A stretch of 61,611 bases of DNA, filler included, from Anaerolineae bacterium (GTDB lineage: Bacteria; Chloroflexota; Anaerolineae; Epilineales; Epilineaceae), in NCBI GenBank assembly GCA_029262755.1. It is 4 parts of 4 records of this genome, joined end to end, with 100 filler letters (N's around TTAATTAATTAA, not from the genome) between each part and the next. Parts side by side here need not be neighbours in the genome. Positions count along the whole stretch, not along the records: positions 1 to 30,370 come from JAJCYU010000319.1; 3 more parts are not named here. The stretch is one strand, 5' to 3'. Under the pieces are notes generated by a model, which was given only the letters and a program-made list of their open reading frames with translations, searched no databases and had not been told where the DNA came from. This document shows positions 1 through 11,700 of the stretch, in pieces (position 1 is the stretch's first letter; each line of letters begins with the position of its first letter). The position numbers and the translations under genes are program-made.

Positions 1-3
1 CGC

Positions 4-3000
4 GTGCTCGTCGACGGCGCACGTGCGGCGTATGTCCGCGACCCTCTCGAAAGCGGTCGCGCTCTGCCCATCGAGCTCGCCTTGGCCACGAGCGCTTGGC
101 TCGACGAAGCCGGGAATCCCGATGGAATGCTCGCCCGAGGCGCGGGCCAAGCTGCTGTGGCCGATGTAGCAAGCGCCGAAGGAAGCGAGGAAGCGTTGGC
201 ATCCGGCGCGGAGCACGTGACCGTGACCTTCGACGAAGCCGTCGCATTAGAGCCCGGCGGCGAGTACCACCTCTGGCTGCGCGTCGTGGAACCGCCTCTC
301 GCCGGCCGAACGTCGGTGCTGGCCTACGAGACGCCATGGGACCTACCGGTGCCGCATGGCATGCTGGGCTACGCGGCCTATGACAATCCCGACACCGCCT
401 GGGCCGACGGCCTGTTCGGCGTCCAGAACCTCGAGATGTACGGGGAAGAGGCGCCGAGCTGGTTGTCCGCCACGCTCGACGGCATCGACCGGATCGACTA
501 CTGGATCTCACCGACGAACCGGGTCTACGACGCCATTCGGCGTCTGCCGATGCGCTTCCCGCAGGCCATTCGATTCTACGACGACATGCTCTTCGCGGAG
601 AGGCTGGGCTGGAGCGTCGTCGCCGACGTCCATAGCTATCCCGGCTACGGACCCTTCCAGATCAACGATCAGGCGGCCGAAGAGGCCTTCCACGTCTACG
701 ATCATCCGCGGGTCGTGATCTGGGAGAAGGGGCCGGACTACGATCGCGCCGCGGTGCAGGCAGAGCTCGAACCCCTCGCCGCCACGCGACGATGGAAGTT
801 CCCGTCCGTCTCGGAACGCCGTCTCGGCCGCTTCCTCGACGCGTTGCTCGGCCGTATTCCGGTCGAGCGCGCCCTCGTGGCCGGCTATGCGCCCGGCCCC
901 ATCTGCGGATTGCTCGGCGATCTGACGGGGCGGCCGATCGGCTTCCCGTCCACGTTCCCTGAGCCCGATGCGGAGGCGGAGGAGCGCGTCTCCTTCTGCC
1001 GCGTGCTGGACGGGTGGATTGGCAAGGACGACGAACAGGACTCCCCGCCGCTCAGCGCCGTCATGCTCGGTGACGAACGTGCCGTGGCACAGCGCGCGGG
1101 CGGAACATGGTCGTCCCTGTTCAACATCGATGCGCCTCAGAACCGATCGGGGATTCTTGCCTTCGTCGTATGGTATCTGGCGCTGTTGGCGATCGGGCTG
1201 GTCGCGCTGCCCATCGTCCGCCGTGTGCTGCCCATGTTCCCGGACGCGGGGTGGTCCGTAGCGCGGACGGCAGGCCTGCTCGTGCTGAGCTGGGTTGCTT
1301 GGTGGATCGGGTCGCTGGGTATCGTCGACCATACGCCTTGGCTGGTCACGGGAGTGCTGGTTGTAATGGCGGCCGGCTCTTGGTTCGGGGTGCGCCGCCG
1401 TGGTGATTCGCTGCGGGCGCTGTGGCGCGAGCATCGCGCGGAAATCGTGCGCAGCGAGATCGTGTTCGCCGCGCTCTTCATCGCCTTTGTCTTGATCCGC
1501 GCCAGCAATCCAGACCTGTGGCATCCGTGGAAGGGCGGCGAGAAGCCGATGGACTTGGCGTACTTCAACGCCGTTCTGCGCAGCGTCAGCTTCCCGCCCT
1601 ACGACCCATGGTTCGCCGGTGGCCAGCTGAACTACTACTACTACGGCTTCGTGTTTGTCGGCGCGCTCGTCGAGCTGACGCGCATCGTGCCTTGGGTTGC
1701 GTACAACCTTGCGATTCCCACCATGGCCGCGCTGACAGGGCTGGCCGCCTACGGCATCGTCCGTGCGTGGCTGCATGCGACCCTCGGCGCGGGCGAAGCG
1801 CGGCTAGCGCAACGGGGCGGCGTTCTCGCCGCGGTGTTGGCCGTCTTCGCGGGCAATCTGTACCAGGTTCGGTTCACGGTCGACCAGATGTGCAACGTGT
1901 CGACGTGGCAGATCGAGAGCCGGTTGCCGGGCCTTGAGCGAATGGTGTGCTTCCTTGGCGGCATGCGTCAGGTGTGGTTCAAGGACGTTGCGCTGCCGAT
2001 CCGCACCGAATGGTGGTACTGGAACGCATCCCGGGCCATCCCCGCCGTCGAAGGCGACGTGCAGCCGATCACCGAATTCCCCTTCTTCACCTTCCTCTAC
2101 GGCGATCTCCACGCGCACATGATGGCGATGCCGATCGCGATGTTGGCGGTGGCCATCGCGCTTGCTTGGGCCATTCCTGCGACCTCCGAGGAACCGCACA
2201 CCGGCTGGTTCGCGCCTGCTGCGTACGCGCGCATGGGGCTTGCCGCGCTCGCCATCGGCGCCTTATGGCCGGCCAACACCTGGGATTATCCGAGCTACGG
2301 TTTGGTGTTGGCCGGCGGACTGGCCGTCGGTGCGCTCACGCGGACCGGACGATTCAACGTCGCATGGTTCCTTCGCGTCGCCATTCCGGGGGCGGTGCTG
2401 ATGGGCCTTAGCCTCCTGGCGTTCTTGCCCTACCACCGCGCCTACGTCACGCCGTACTCGGAGTTCACGCCGTGGACCGGACACAAGACGCCCTTGTCCG
2501 CGTACCTCACAGTGCACGGAATCTTCTTGTTCGCATTGCTCAGCTGGGCGCTTTGGCACCTCGTGCGCGATGTGCGCTCGGCCCAATCGCGCCGCGCGAC
2601 GCTTCTCCGACTCGGCGTGTTCTTGCCCGTGGGCGGCGCGGCGGCGTGGCTACTTTGGTCGTGGTCACGGGCCGCGATGCCGTCGCATCTGCCGCCGCCC
2701 ACGCCGTGGACGCCGGCCTTCTTGGCCGTTTTGCTAGCTATCGGCGCCGCGACGGCCTTTCGCTCGCGCGCCGAAGGCGGGGCGCGTTTCGCCGGCTGGC
2801 TACTGCTCCTGGGCGCGGCTCTTACCGCGGTCGTGGAGTACGTAGTGCTCAGTGGCGACATCGGTCGGATGAACACCGTCTTCAAGTTCTACATCCAGGT
2901 TTGGCTGCTGTGGGCCTTGGCCGCGGCCTATGCAACCGCGGTCCTGACCGCAGCGTGGCGCGAGCGTGAAGGCAGCCTGGCATGGCGCGCGGCGATGGGC

Positions 3001-3633
3001 GCGCTCGTGCTCGCCGGTTTGCTCTATCCCGTGACGGCCTCGCGTGCGAAGGCCGGAGACCGCTTCCCCGCGATGGCGGGCGCGAGCGCGCCCGAAGGCG
3101 TGGCGTGGCGGGACCAGTGGAACTTCGGCCTCGACGGCGAACACTTCATGCACTACGCCGTGTACGATGACGCCGGATTCCCGCTCACCTTCCGGCACGA
3201 TCTAGCGGCCATGCGCTGGTTGCAGGAGTCGATCGAGGGCACGCCCACGATCATCGAGGGCTTCCGCGTGGAGGGCTACCGCTGGGGCGCTCGCTACAGC
3301 ATCCACACCGGCTTGCCGACCGTGCAAGGCTGGGATTGGCATCAAAAGCAGCAACGCAATGCCGTCGGCTCCTGGCACATTGACGAGCGCGTGAGCGACG
3401 TCCTCGCCATTTACGATGGACTCGACGCAGAGCAGGCGTGGACGTTGCTCGAGAAGTACCACGTGGAGCTCGTGATCGTCGGCGAGATGGAACGCGCCTT
3501 CTACAGCCAGGCCGGGCTGGACAAATTCGCCGTCTGGGCACAAGAAGGCCGCGTCGAAGTAGCCTATGAAAACCCGGGTGTCACCATCTACCGCTTGCCC
3601 GCGCCGGAAGCCCTGGTGGACGCTCGCCCGTGA
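4..3633 (+). CDS. DUF2298 (Chlor_Arch_YYY) polytopic membrane protein, GT-C-like; 5' truncated by the window
   Basis: Motifs GGEKPMD, PPYDPWFAGGQLNYYYYG, ITEFPFFTFLYGDLHAH, NTWDYP and RMNTVFKFYIQVW; many TM segments. Confidence 0.88.
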   Translation: MLVDGARAAYVRDPLESGRALPIELALATSAWLDEAGNPDGMLARGAGQAAVADVASAEGSEEALASGAEHVTVTFDEAVALEPGGEYHLWLRVVEPPLAGRTSVLAYETPWDLPVPHGMLGYAAYDNPDTAWADGLFGVQNLEMYGEEAPSWLSATLDGIDRIDYWISPTNRVYDAIRRLPMRFPQAIRFYDDMLFAERLGWSVVADVHSYPGYGPFQINDQAAEEAFHVYDHPRVVIWEKGPDYDRAAVQAELEPLAATRRWKFPSVSERRLGRFLDALLGRIPVERALVAGYAPGPICGLLGDLTGRPIGFPSTFPEPDAEAEERVSFCRVLDGWIGKDDEQDSPPLSAVMLGDERAVAQRAGGTWSSLFNIDAPQNRSGILAFVVWYLALLAIGLVALPIVRRVLPMFPDAGWSVARTAGLLVLSWVAWWIGSLGIVDHTPWLVTGVLVVMAAGSWFGVRRRGDSLRALWREHRAEIVRSEIVFAALFIAFVLIRASNPDLWHPWKGGEKPMDLAYFNAVLRSVSFPPYDPWFAGGQLNYYYYGFVFVGALVELTRIVPWVAYNLAIPTMAALTGLAAYGIVRAWLHATLGAGEARLAQRGGVLAAVLAVFAGNLYQVRFTVDQMCNVSTWQIESRLPGLERMVCFLGGMRQVWFKDVALPIRTEWWYWNASRAIPAVEGDVQPITEFPFFTFLYGDLHAHMMAMPIAMLAVAIALAWAIPATSEEPHTGWFAPAAYARMGLAALAIGALWPANTWDYPSYGLVLAGGLAVGALTRTGRFNVAWFLRVAIPGAVLMGLSLLAFLPYHRAYVTPYSEFTPWTGHKTPLSAYLTVHGIFLFALLSWALWHLVRDVRSAQSRRATLLRLGVFLPVGGAAAWLLWSWSRAAMPSHLPPPTPWTPAFLAVLLAIGAATAFRSRAEGGARFAGWLLLLGAALTAVVEYVVLSGDIGRMNTVFKFYIQVWLLWALAAAYATAVLTAAWREREGSLAWRAAMGALVLAGLLYPVTASRAKAGDRFPAMAGASAPEGVAWRDQWNFGLDGEHFMHYAVYDDAGFPLTFRHDLAAMRWLQESIEGTPTIIEGFRVEGYRWGARYSIHTGLPTVQGWDWHQKQQRNAVGSWHIDERVSDVLAIYDGLDAEQAWTLLEKYHVELVIVGEMERAFYSQAGLDKFAVWAQEGRVEVAYENPGVTIYRLPAPEALVDARP

Positions 3634-6600
3634 TGCATGTTCTGGGTCCGACGTTCCTCTGGTGGTTCGGCCTTACGGCGGTCGGCATCGCCGGATTGCC
3701 GTACGTCCGAATGCTGCTGCCGGACTTGCCGGACGGTGGGCTCGGCGTGGCCCGTCCGCTCGGTCTTCTACTCGTGGCCTTCACGTGGTGGTGGGCCGTA
3801 ACGCTCGGCATCTTGCCCAACAATGGTCTGGGAGCCTGGCTCGCCGCCGGCGGCGTGGCGGGAGTCGGAGCCAAGCTGATCTGGTCGCAGCGTAGGGAGG
3901 CATGGGCTGCGCTTCAGGCGCGCAGGCGTCGCCTGGTGGGCCAGGAGATCCTCTTCGCCGTGGCATTGTTGGCCTGGGCGCTCTACCGGGCTTTCTATCC
4001 GGACGTCACCCAGGCCGGCGGCGAGAAGACGATGGAGCTCGCGTTTCTGAGCGCGATCCTACAGAGCCCGCGCTTCCCGCCCAACGATCCTTGGATGGCC
4101 GGGGAATCGATCAGCTACTACTACTTCAGCTACGTGATGGGCGCCTTGTTGACCCGTCTATCCGGTATTGAGCGTGCGGTTGCGTTTAACTTGCTCGTAC
4201 CGGGGACGCTTGCGATGACGCTCGTTGCCGCCTTCTCGATCGGCGCGAACCTGGTGGCGCTCTCGCGCCGCGCCACCCGGCGCATGGCGTGGCTTGTCGG
4301 TGCGGCGTCTGCGGGCGGCCTCGCCCTGTTGGGCAGCATCCAAGGGGCCTTGGAGGTCGGCTATCGGGCCGGCGTGCCGAGCCGCGCATTTTATCAATGG
4401 CTGAGCGTCTTTGATATCGGTGGCAACCAGGCCTGGGCCAACGGAGCGCTCGCGCCGGAGACGCCGGGCGCGTGCGGCAAGCAGGACGCCGTGTACAACG
4501 AGCTTGCGCGTATCGTCGACGCGAATCCGGGTATCCAGCTCGGCGTGCTCGATATGGTGCCGAACCGCTTCATCTGGTGGTGGCGTGCATCGCGCGTCAT
4601 CCGCGATGGGTGCACCGAGGCGATCCACGAGTTCCCCTTCTTTAGCTTCATGCTGGCGGATGCCCATCCGCATGTGCTGAGCCTGCCTTTCATGTTGCTG
4701 GCCATCACGCTCGCGTTAGCGCTGCTCGCCGGCGCCGCCACGCGTTGGCCGGGGGGCCCTGGCATGCATGCGGTCTGGTGGCTGGTGCCGCTGGTTGTGG
4801 GCGGCATCGCCTTCCTGAATACGTGGGACTTGCTTACCTATGCGCTCCTGGTGTTGGTTGCCTACGCGCTGGCAACGTGGCGTGCAGTACCCAGACCGCT
4901 CGAAGTCGGGCTCGCCGCTCTGCCGGCGCGGGTGTCGGTGGCGGCGCTTGCGCTTGCCGCAGGCTGGATGGGCGCCGGTCCCACTGCCCGTCGCGTGCGC
5001 ACCTTCCTTTCGGAAATCCCCGATGATCAAGCGGTCGCGACGCTGCCGCACGTGCTGGTCGCGGCGGCGATCGGATCCGGCCTGTGGCTGCTTTCCGAGC
5101 GCGTGCGGCGCCTGGCGCGCACCAACCCGCAGGCAGCCCGTGGTTGGGACGTCCTACGCTTCACCGCGTGGCTCGCGCTTGCGTCGTGGTTGCTCTATGT
5201 GCCCTTCCATCTCGCCTTCGCATCGCAAGCCGAGGGCATCGCCACGGCGGACTTCAGCTCCCGCCCCGCGCAGTGGTTCGTGCACTGGGCTTGGCAGTAC
5301 GTGTGGTTGCTGGGACTCATGGGCGCTGCCCTCTGGTCCGCGCCGCGCCGCACAGCGTTGTTGCGCGCTCTTGGACTCGCCGCGCTGGCCATTACCTTGC
5401 CCGCTCTTTCGTGGCCGCTGCAGCTTTCGCGCGGCGGCGTGATCGTGTTGGCGGCCGCGTCTGTCTCGCTCGCGGTTTGGTGGCCGATCCGTCCGTGGAC
5501 GGCGGGGCTTTCGGCCGTCGTGGCGGGTTTCTTGCGCTCAGCGGCCATCGTAGGAGCAACCAGCATCGCCCTCTGGCGGATCGCATCCCCGCCGCCGATG
5601 CCGCCGGGGGACGCGATGGGCGGCGCGGCCGGGTGGACTCCCTGGACGCCGCTGTTGATCGCCATTCCTTTGATCGCAGCCGTGGCGGCCGGCTTGCAGC
5701 GTTGGCCGTGGCCGACAACCGCGTCTGTGGACAGCAAAGCAGACGGCGTAGCAACCACGGGCAGTGCGGGGCTCGATGCGTCGTCTTCCGTGGACGGAAC
5801 GCAGGCGATCGCGGACGATCAATCCGAGTACACGACGGACTCGACGCTGCACTCGATTCCTGGGCCGTCAACGCCTGGGTCCAGCACTTCGTCGGTTGCG
5901 CTTCATGCCGAGGCGCCGGTTTCCGCTGACGGCCCCGGGATAGGCTGGCCTCATGAACCGGAAGTCGCCGCGCGCGATACGCCGGCCCAACCTGCGGCCG
6001 GTGTCGAATCGGCCCCGCTCGCGTCTAGTGCGCCTGCCGTGGAAATCGGCATGGTGTTTGCGCTTCTCTGTGCGAGCGTGGGGCTGATGATGGTGCTCGG
6101 CGCGGAATTCTTCTACGTGCGGGATATCTTCAACAGCCGCATGAATACGATCTTCAAGTTCTACATTCAGGGCTGGACGCTGCTCAGCCTTGCCGGCGGC
6201 TACGGTCTCTTTGCCGGGTGGCGCCGGCTACCACGTCCGGTTGCGGCAGCATGGATGGGCACCGTCGGCATCGTGACCGCCATGGCGCTGATCTATCCCT
6301 TGGCCGCGATCTGGGACCGCACAGGTGGATTCCAGTGGCCCGTACTGCAGGGTGAAGGCGTGCGGGCGTGGGCGGACCGGTTGTCGCTCGACGGTCTTCG
6401 CTACTGGGAGCAATCCTATCCCGGCGATCGGGCCGCCGCACAATGGTTGTCCGACAACGTGTCCGGCGCTCCGCACATTCTTGAGGCCACGGGCGGCGGC
6501 TATTCGCATACGGGTCGGATCGCGATGGTCACCGGACTACCCACCGTGTTGGGAGCGGATGGCCACGAGCAACAGTGGCGCGGGACCCGCGTGCAAATCG

Positions 6601-6815
6601 ATCCGCGCAAGGCCGATGTCGAGGCCTTCTACGGCGGGCGCATGAACGAAGAGGAGATGGGCGCAATGCTGGATCGCTACGACGTACGCTACGTCGTGCT
6701 GGGGGAGTGGGAGCGCGCGCAGCACAACGTACCGGAGACGGTCTCGCTGCGGCTCGCCCGTTGGGGACGAACGGTCTTTTCGCAGTCCGGCGTCACCATC
6801 TATCAGCGCCGATGA
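3630..6815 (+). CDS. DUF2298 (Chlor_Arch_YYY) membrane protein, second paralog
   Basis: GGEKTME, PPNDPWMAGESISYYYF, HEFPFFSFMLADAHPH, NTWD, RMNTIFKFYIQGW; GTGA overlap with the previous stop. Confidence 0.88.
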   Translation: MMHVLGPTFLWWFGLTAVGIAGLPYVRMLLPDLPDGGLGVARPLGLLLVAFTWWWAVTLGILPNNGLGAWLAAGGVAGVGAKLIWSQRREAWAALQARRRRLVGQEILFAVALLAWALYRAFYPDVTQAGGEKTMELAFLSAILQSPRFPPNDPWMAGESISYYYFSYVMGALLTRLSGIERAVAFNLLVPGTLAMTLVAAFSIGANLVALSRRATRRMAWLVGAASAGGLALLGSIQGALEVGYRAGVPSRAFYQWLSVFDIGGNQAWANGALAPETPGACGKQDAVYNELARIVDANPGIQLGVLDMVPNRFIWWWRASRVIRDGCTEAIHEFPFFSFMLADAHPHVLSLPFMLLAITLALALLAGAATRWPGGPGMHAVWWLVPLVVGGIAFLNTWDLLTYALLVLVAYALATWRAVPRPLEVGLAALPARVSVAALALAAGWMGAGPTARRVRTFLSEIPDDQAVATLPHVLVAAAIGSGLWLLSERVRRLARTNPQAARGWDVLRFTAWLALASWLLYVPFHLAFASQAEGIATADFSSRPAQWFVHWAWQYVWLLGLMGAALWSAPRRTALLRALGLAALAITLPALSWPLQLSRGGVIVLAAASVSLAVWWPIRPWTAGLSAVVAGFLRSAAIVGATSIALWRIASPPPMPPGDAMGGAAGWTPWTPLLIAIPLIAAVAAGLQRWPWPTTASVDSKADGVATTGSAGLDASSSVDGTQAIADDQSEYTTDSTLHSIPGPSTPGSSTSSVALHAEAPVSADGPGIGWPHEPEVAARDTPAQPAAGVESAPLASSAPAVEIGMVFALLCASVGLMMVLGAEFFYVRDIFNSRMNTIFKFYIQGWTLLSLAGGYGLFAGWRRLPRPVAAAWMGTVGIVTAMALIYPLAAIWDRTGGFQWPVLQGEGVRAWADRLSLDGLRYWEQSYPGDRAAAQWLSDNVSGAPHILEATGGGYSHTGRIAMVTGLPTVLGADGHEQQWRGTRVQIDPRKADVEAFYGGRMNEEEMGAMLDRYDVRYVVLGEWERAQHNVPETVSLRLARWGRTVFSQSGVTIYQRR

Positions 6816-8701
6816 ACGGCGCGAATGAGTCGGTGGCGGACGCAACGTCTCCCGGTGTCCCTGACCCGTCCACCGAAGCCACGAACGTCCTTGCTGCCTC
6901 GGACGTCACGGCCGGCGACGTCTCCAGTACGGAGGAGGTCACTTCATCTCCAGCGGCTCGTGAACACAACGTGGCCCCCGACGAGCGCGTCGTCGTATCC
7001 GACGGATTCGAAGCCTGGGCTTGGATCGCGATCGTCGTTGCCGGCGCCGTGCTGCGCTTCGTCGGCCTCGACGCGCTACCGCTCGACCCCTCGGAAGCCG
7101 CGCTCGCTGTGGCGGCCCTCGCCGGCGAAGGGGTGCTCGCTTCGCCGCTCCTGCAGCATCTTGGTAGCCTGGCGTTGGCTGTCTTTGGCGCTTCCGAGAC
7201 CACCGCGCGGCTCGTGCCCGCATTGGCCGGCGCCGCGTTGGCGCCCGCGGCATGGGGCCTTCGCCGCACGATCGGGCGCGATGAGGCGCTCGGGGTGGCG
7301 GTCGTCCTCGCACTGTCTCCGATATGGATCGCAAGCAGCCGTCACCTAGACCCGCTGACGCTCGGCGTGCTGCTATTGCTCGTCGCCGTTGGCGCCCTCA
7401 CGCACGGGCGCCCCATACTCGCTGCGGCGTGCTTTGGCTTGGCGGTGGCGACCGGGTCGTACGTCTGGCCGCTACTCGTCGGTGGTGTCGCGCTGGCCGC
7501 GCTTGGCCGGGTGATCCCGCGACGCGCGCCCACGAGCGATCACGCAGCCGCACGATTTGATGCTCGCACGCTGATCGGTCTGGGTCCCGGCGCCGCCTTT
7601 GCTGCCGCTCTCGTTCTCGGCGCGACCGGCTTGTCCAGCCTTTCGGGACTCGCCTTCGTGGCAACCGATCCCGTCCACTGGATCCGCGATCTCGCCGCAC
7701 AGCGAATCGATATCTCGATCGGCACTTTGCTTCCGCTCCTGGTCTACGCGCCGGAGCTATTGCTGTTCGGTGCGGCCGGCTTGTTGGCGCCATGGAAGAG
7801 CCCCGCGTGGCGCAGCTTCGCATTGCTCGCGCTGACGATCGGCGCGTTGCTCGCGATCCTCGCTCCGTCACCGCAGGCCGCCGCCGTGCTGCTCGTGCCA
7901 TTGACGCTCGCCGGCGGGGTTGCGCTCGCCTCGCTCGCGCGGTCGGTCGTCGGCGGATTTCGCTGGTCGGAGGACGGCGTAATGACATGGATCCTGCTCA
8001 TCGTATTCGGCTACGCGTTGATCCATGCCTGGCGCTTCGCGCGCCTGGGTCCCGTCGATGGGCAACGGGATGACTTTGCCTTGTTCCTCGGCGCGATGGC
8101 CATGGCCGCCGTTCTCTTGCTCGCTTTCGCGCTGCTTTGGGGCGCACCCATGGCAGTGCGCGTTGCGGGCTTGGCATGCGGTGTGGCCGTGTTCGGTCTT
8201 GCCGCCGCGAACGGCGCACGGCTGATGCGTACTGCAGGCCCCGAGGTCTGGCGTCCCGAGCGCGGCGTGCAGGGATCCCAGGCGATCCTGGAGGTCGTCG
8301 CGGCGCAACGCAACCGCGCGCCTGGTACGTCGATCGCGGTGGATCCGGTGTTGCAACCGGAGCTCGCGTGGTTGCTGCGCGAGGCGACGGACATAGCCTG
8401 GACGCCGTCCTCGGCCGCCGAAATGGATCTTTGGGTGCTACCCTCCGGGGTCTCGCCCGAAGGTGAAGGACACGTCATGGTGGTCGAACACGACGTTTCC
8501 GCCGCATGGCGGCCGACATTCATGGGCCGGCAGGGCTTCATGCGCTGGTATCTGCAGCGCGCCACCGTCGGCGATGCATCGTTTCGACCGATCAGCCCCG
8601 AACGCATGAAACGCGCAGCCCTCTGGGTTCGCGCTCCCCTCGCGCTTGATCGCGGGGCACCGCAAACGCAGGCAAGCATCCTTGTGGAGGGATGGAGATG
8701 A
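6812..8701 (+). CDS. GT39/PMT-like (GT-C fold) membrane protein, divergent
   Basis: ATG at 6812 overlaps the upstream TGA; LRFVGLDALPLDPSEA, FGASETTARL and LSPIWIASSR resemble the ArnT/PMT_2 N-terminus. Confidence 0.7.
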   Translation: MNGANESVADATSPGVPDPSTEATNVLAASDVTAGDVSSTEEVTSSPAAREHNVAPDERVVVSDGFEAWAWIAIVVAGAVLRFVGLDALPLDPSEAALAVAALAGEGVLASPLLQHLGSLALAVFGASETTARLVPALAGAALAPAAWGLRRTIGRDEALGVAVVLALSPIWIASSRHLDPLTLGVLLLLVAVGALTHGRPILAAACFGLAVATGSYVWPLLVGGVALAALGRVIPRRAPTSDHAAARFDARTLIGLGPGAAFAAALVLGATGLSSLSGLAFVATDPVHWIRDLAAQRIDISIGTLLPLLVYAPELLLFGAAGLLAPWKSPAWRSFALLALTIGALLAILAPSPQAAAVLLVPLTLAGGVALASLARSVVGGFRWSEDGVMTWILLIVFGYALIHAWRFARLGPVDGQRDDFALFLGAMAMAAVLLLAFALLWGAPMAVRVAGLACGVAVFGLAAANGARLMRTAGPEVWRPERGVQGSQAILEVVAAQRNRAPGTSIAVDPVLQPELAWLLREATDIAWTPSSAAEMDLWVLPSGVSPEGEGHVMVVEHDVSAAWRPTFMGRQGFMRWYLQRATVGDASFRPISPERMKRAALWVRAPLALDRGAPQTQASILVEGWR

Positions 8702-11700
8702 CGCAACAAGCAACAGACATGGAGGGGGGCCTCCCCGCACGGCGCAAGGCGCTCCGCGAACGAATCACATGGGACTGGGAGCTGGCCGCCTGGGTCGTGA
8801 TCCTCGTGCTCGCGCTCGTCACCCGCCTATGGGCGCTGGGCGATCGCGCGATGTCACACGACGAGAGCCTCCATACGTTTTACTCCTGGAAGTTGTTCAT
8901 GGAGGGTGAGTACCGGCACGACCCGATGATGCATGGGCCGTTGCTCTACCACTTCAACGCCCTCTCCTACTTCCTGTTCGGCGTGAGCGATTTCACGGCG
9001 CGATTGCATCCGGTCATCGCGGGTCTGCTGCTGGTGTTCAGCCCGCTGCTCGTCCGCAAGTGGTTGGGGCGTGTCGGCGCCCTCACGACCGCGACCATCC
9101 TGCTCGTCTCGCCGACGGTGATGATGTACTCGCGCTACATCCGGCACGACATCCCCGTGGAACTGTTCACGGTGCTGATGTTCGTAGGCTTCCTGCGCTA
9201 CCTCGACGACCGAGGTAGCCGTTGGGTCGTGCTGGCCCTCGCGGCGGCCGCCGGAGCGATTACGTCCGCTGAGATGAGCTACATCAACGGCTTCGTGCTC
9301 GTGACCTTCATCGTGCTGGCGCTGCTGGCGGAGGCTTTGCCCAAGGGCAGGCGTCCGCTTCTAGCCGGCATTCTTGCGGTCGCAGGAGTCGCCGTGCTGG
9401 TGATCGCAGAATTTGCGATGGGCGGCCAGCTTGATTCGCCGCTCGTTGCCGAGCTCGACCTCGTCGCCGGGCTTCTGATTGCGTGGGCGATCGGCCTCGC
9501 CTTGATGAGCGGCGTAGGTGGACGGCCCGGATTGTGGGCACGCATTAAAGAGGTGCCGCTCGACGGGCTTCTGGCCGGCGTCGCGGTCTTCGCCGTGATC
9601 TACGTGCTGATGTTCACCACCTTCTTCACCCAGCCCGACCGTTGGAACGGCTTCGTCACGTCGATCCAATATTGGCTCGATCAGCACGGCGTCGAGCGCG
9701 GCAGCCAGCCTTGGTATTACTACTTGCTGTTCGCACCCATGTACGAGTATCCGTCCGTGGTTCTGCTGCTGACCGCAATCGTGTACTACCTGCGTAAGCC
9801 GTTCACGCGCTTCGCGCGCGGCAACGACGCGCCGGAGGGGGAGCCGCCATCGCCGGCGGCGTGGTTGTACGTCCCGATGACGGCGACGTGGGCCATTGGG
9901 GTGTTCTGGATCTATTCCTGGGCCGGTGAAAAGATGCCGTGGTTGCTCGTTCACCTCGTCGTGCCGATGGCCTTCCTCGGTGGGCGTCTGGTGGCGGACG
10001 TAGCGGAGGGCCTGGACGTGGACGCATGGCGGGCCCGTGGATGGCAGGTGGCGGCGCTCGTTGCGGCCGCGTTGTATGTGATCGTCGCGGGTTTGGCCGG
10101 CGGTGGAGCCGGTGGCGAGGGTGCGGCCACGATTCGGCTGGTGGCCGGTCTGCTCGTCGGGCTCGCCTTGCTCGGCGGCGCGTTCATGGTTGGTCGCGGG
10201 CTGCCGTCATCGACCAGGCGTGTCGCGCTCGCGGCGGGCTTCGGGGTGCTCTTGCTCGGGCTCAACGTTCGTGACTCTGTGCGTGCCAACTTCGTCAACG
10301 ACGAGCTGGCCAACGAGTACATCGTGTACGCACACGGCACCCCGGACGACAAGGATGTCTACGAGCGGTTGCTGGAAATGCAGGCTCTCAAGGGCGACGC
10401 GGATGCACTAGAGGTCGGCTACGACAACGAGGTCAGTTGGCCCTTCACCTGGTACTTCCGCAACACAGATTGGACCACGACCCCGTACTACTTCGGGGAA
10501 AAGCCGGGCAGCGTTTCCAAGTTGAAGGATCAGGACGCTGTCTTGGTCGGCTCGCCGAACTATGCCGAATTCGAGCCATGGCTGCGCGACGACTACGTCG
10601 CGCTGGAGTACCAGCGGATGTGGTGGCCCAACGAGGGCTACAAAGGCCTCACGCTTACGCGGCTCGCGGAGGTGCTACGTGATCGCAATCAACTGGCCAA
10701 CCTGCGCAATATCCTGGTCAACCGCCGCTACGCGCTCAACCCCAAGGATCCCGATTCGCCGGAAAAGCCGCTGACCGACTGGTATCACCAGGCCAACATG
10801 AAGCTATTCATCCGCAAGGACACTATCGAGCAACTCTGGCCGGTCGCGGAAGCGCGTCCGACGTGGCTGAGCGGCCTGGACACGACCGTCGTCGAGCGCG
10901 AGTACCCGCAGGTCGAGCTGGCTGTGGAGCAGGTGTTTCCCAGCGCCGGCGGCGAGGCTCTGGCGCAGCCCAAGGCCATTGCGGTCAGCGCGTCGGGCGA
11001 CCTATGGGTCGTCGACCACGGCAACGAGCAACTCGCACGCTTCGATGCGGACGGGACGCGGGTGGAGTTGGTGGCCGAAGGTCAGTTGGAGTACGAGGAC
11101 TCGGGCAACCCGGGCACGTTCTGGCCAAGCGCATGGGGCGTGGAGGCCGGTGATGATGGCGCCGTTTATGTTGCGGACACGTGGAATCACCAGGTGGTGC
11201 GCTACGTCGACGGCCGCTTTGATGCGGCGTTTGGAATCGGCGGCGCACCGCCGGACGACCCGCTCGCCATGGAGACCATCGACAGCTTGTTTGGTCCGCG
11301 TGACGTAGCCTTGCGCGACGACGGTCACCTCTTCCTCACCGACACCGGTAACAAGCGCATCATCGAGCTCAACGCGGATCTGGAGCCCGTACGCGCGATC
11401 GGTGGTCACGGCACGGCGCCGGGCGAGTTCAACGAGCCGACCTCATTGGCCTTCGACCCGATCTCCGGCGAGCTGTATGTCGCAGATCTTTGGAACCTGC
11501 GGGTTCAAGTGTTCGACCGTGATCTTCGCCCGGTGCGTGAGTGGCCGGTCGACGGTTGGGGATCGGAGGAGGCGGCGCACAAATCCTATCTGGACGTCTA
11601 CCCGGGGGGCATCGTGGCCGTGACGGATCCCGTCGGCGCCCGTGTCTGGTTCTACGACGCACAGGGAACAACCCTCGGCACGTTGGAGCTCACCTCGGAC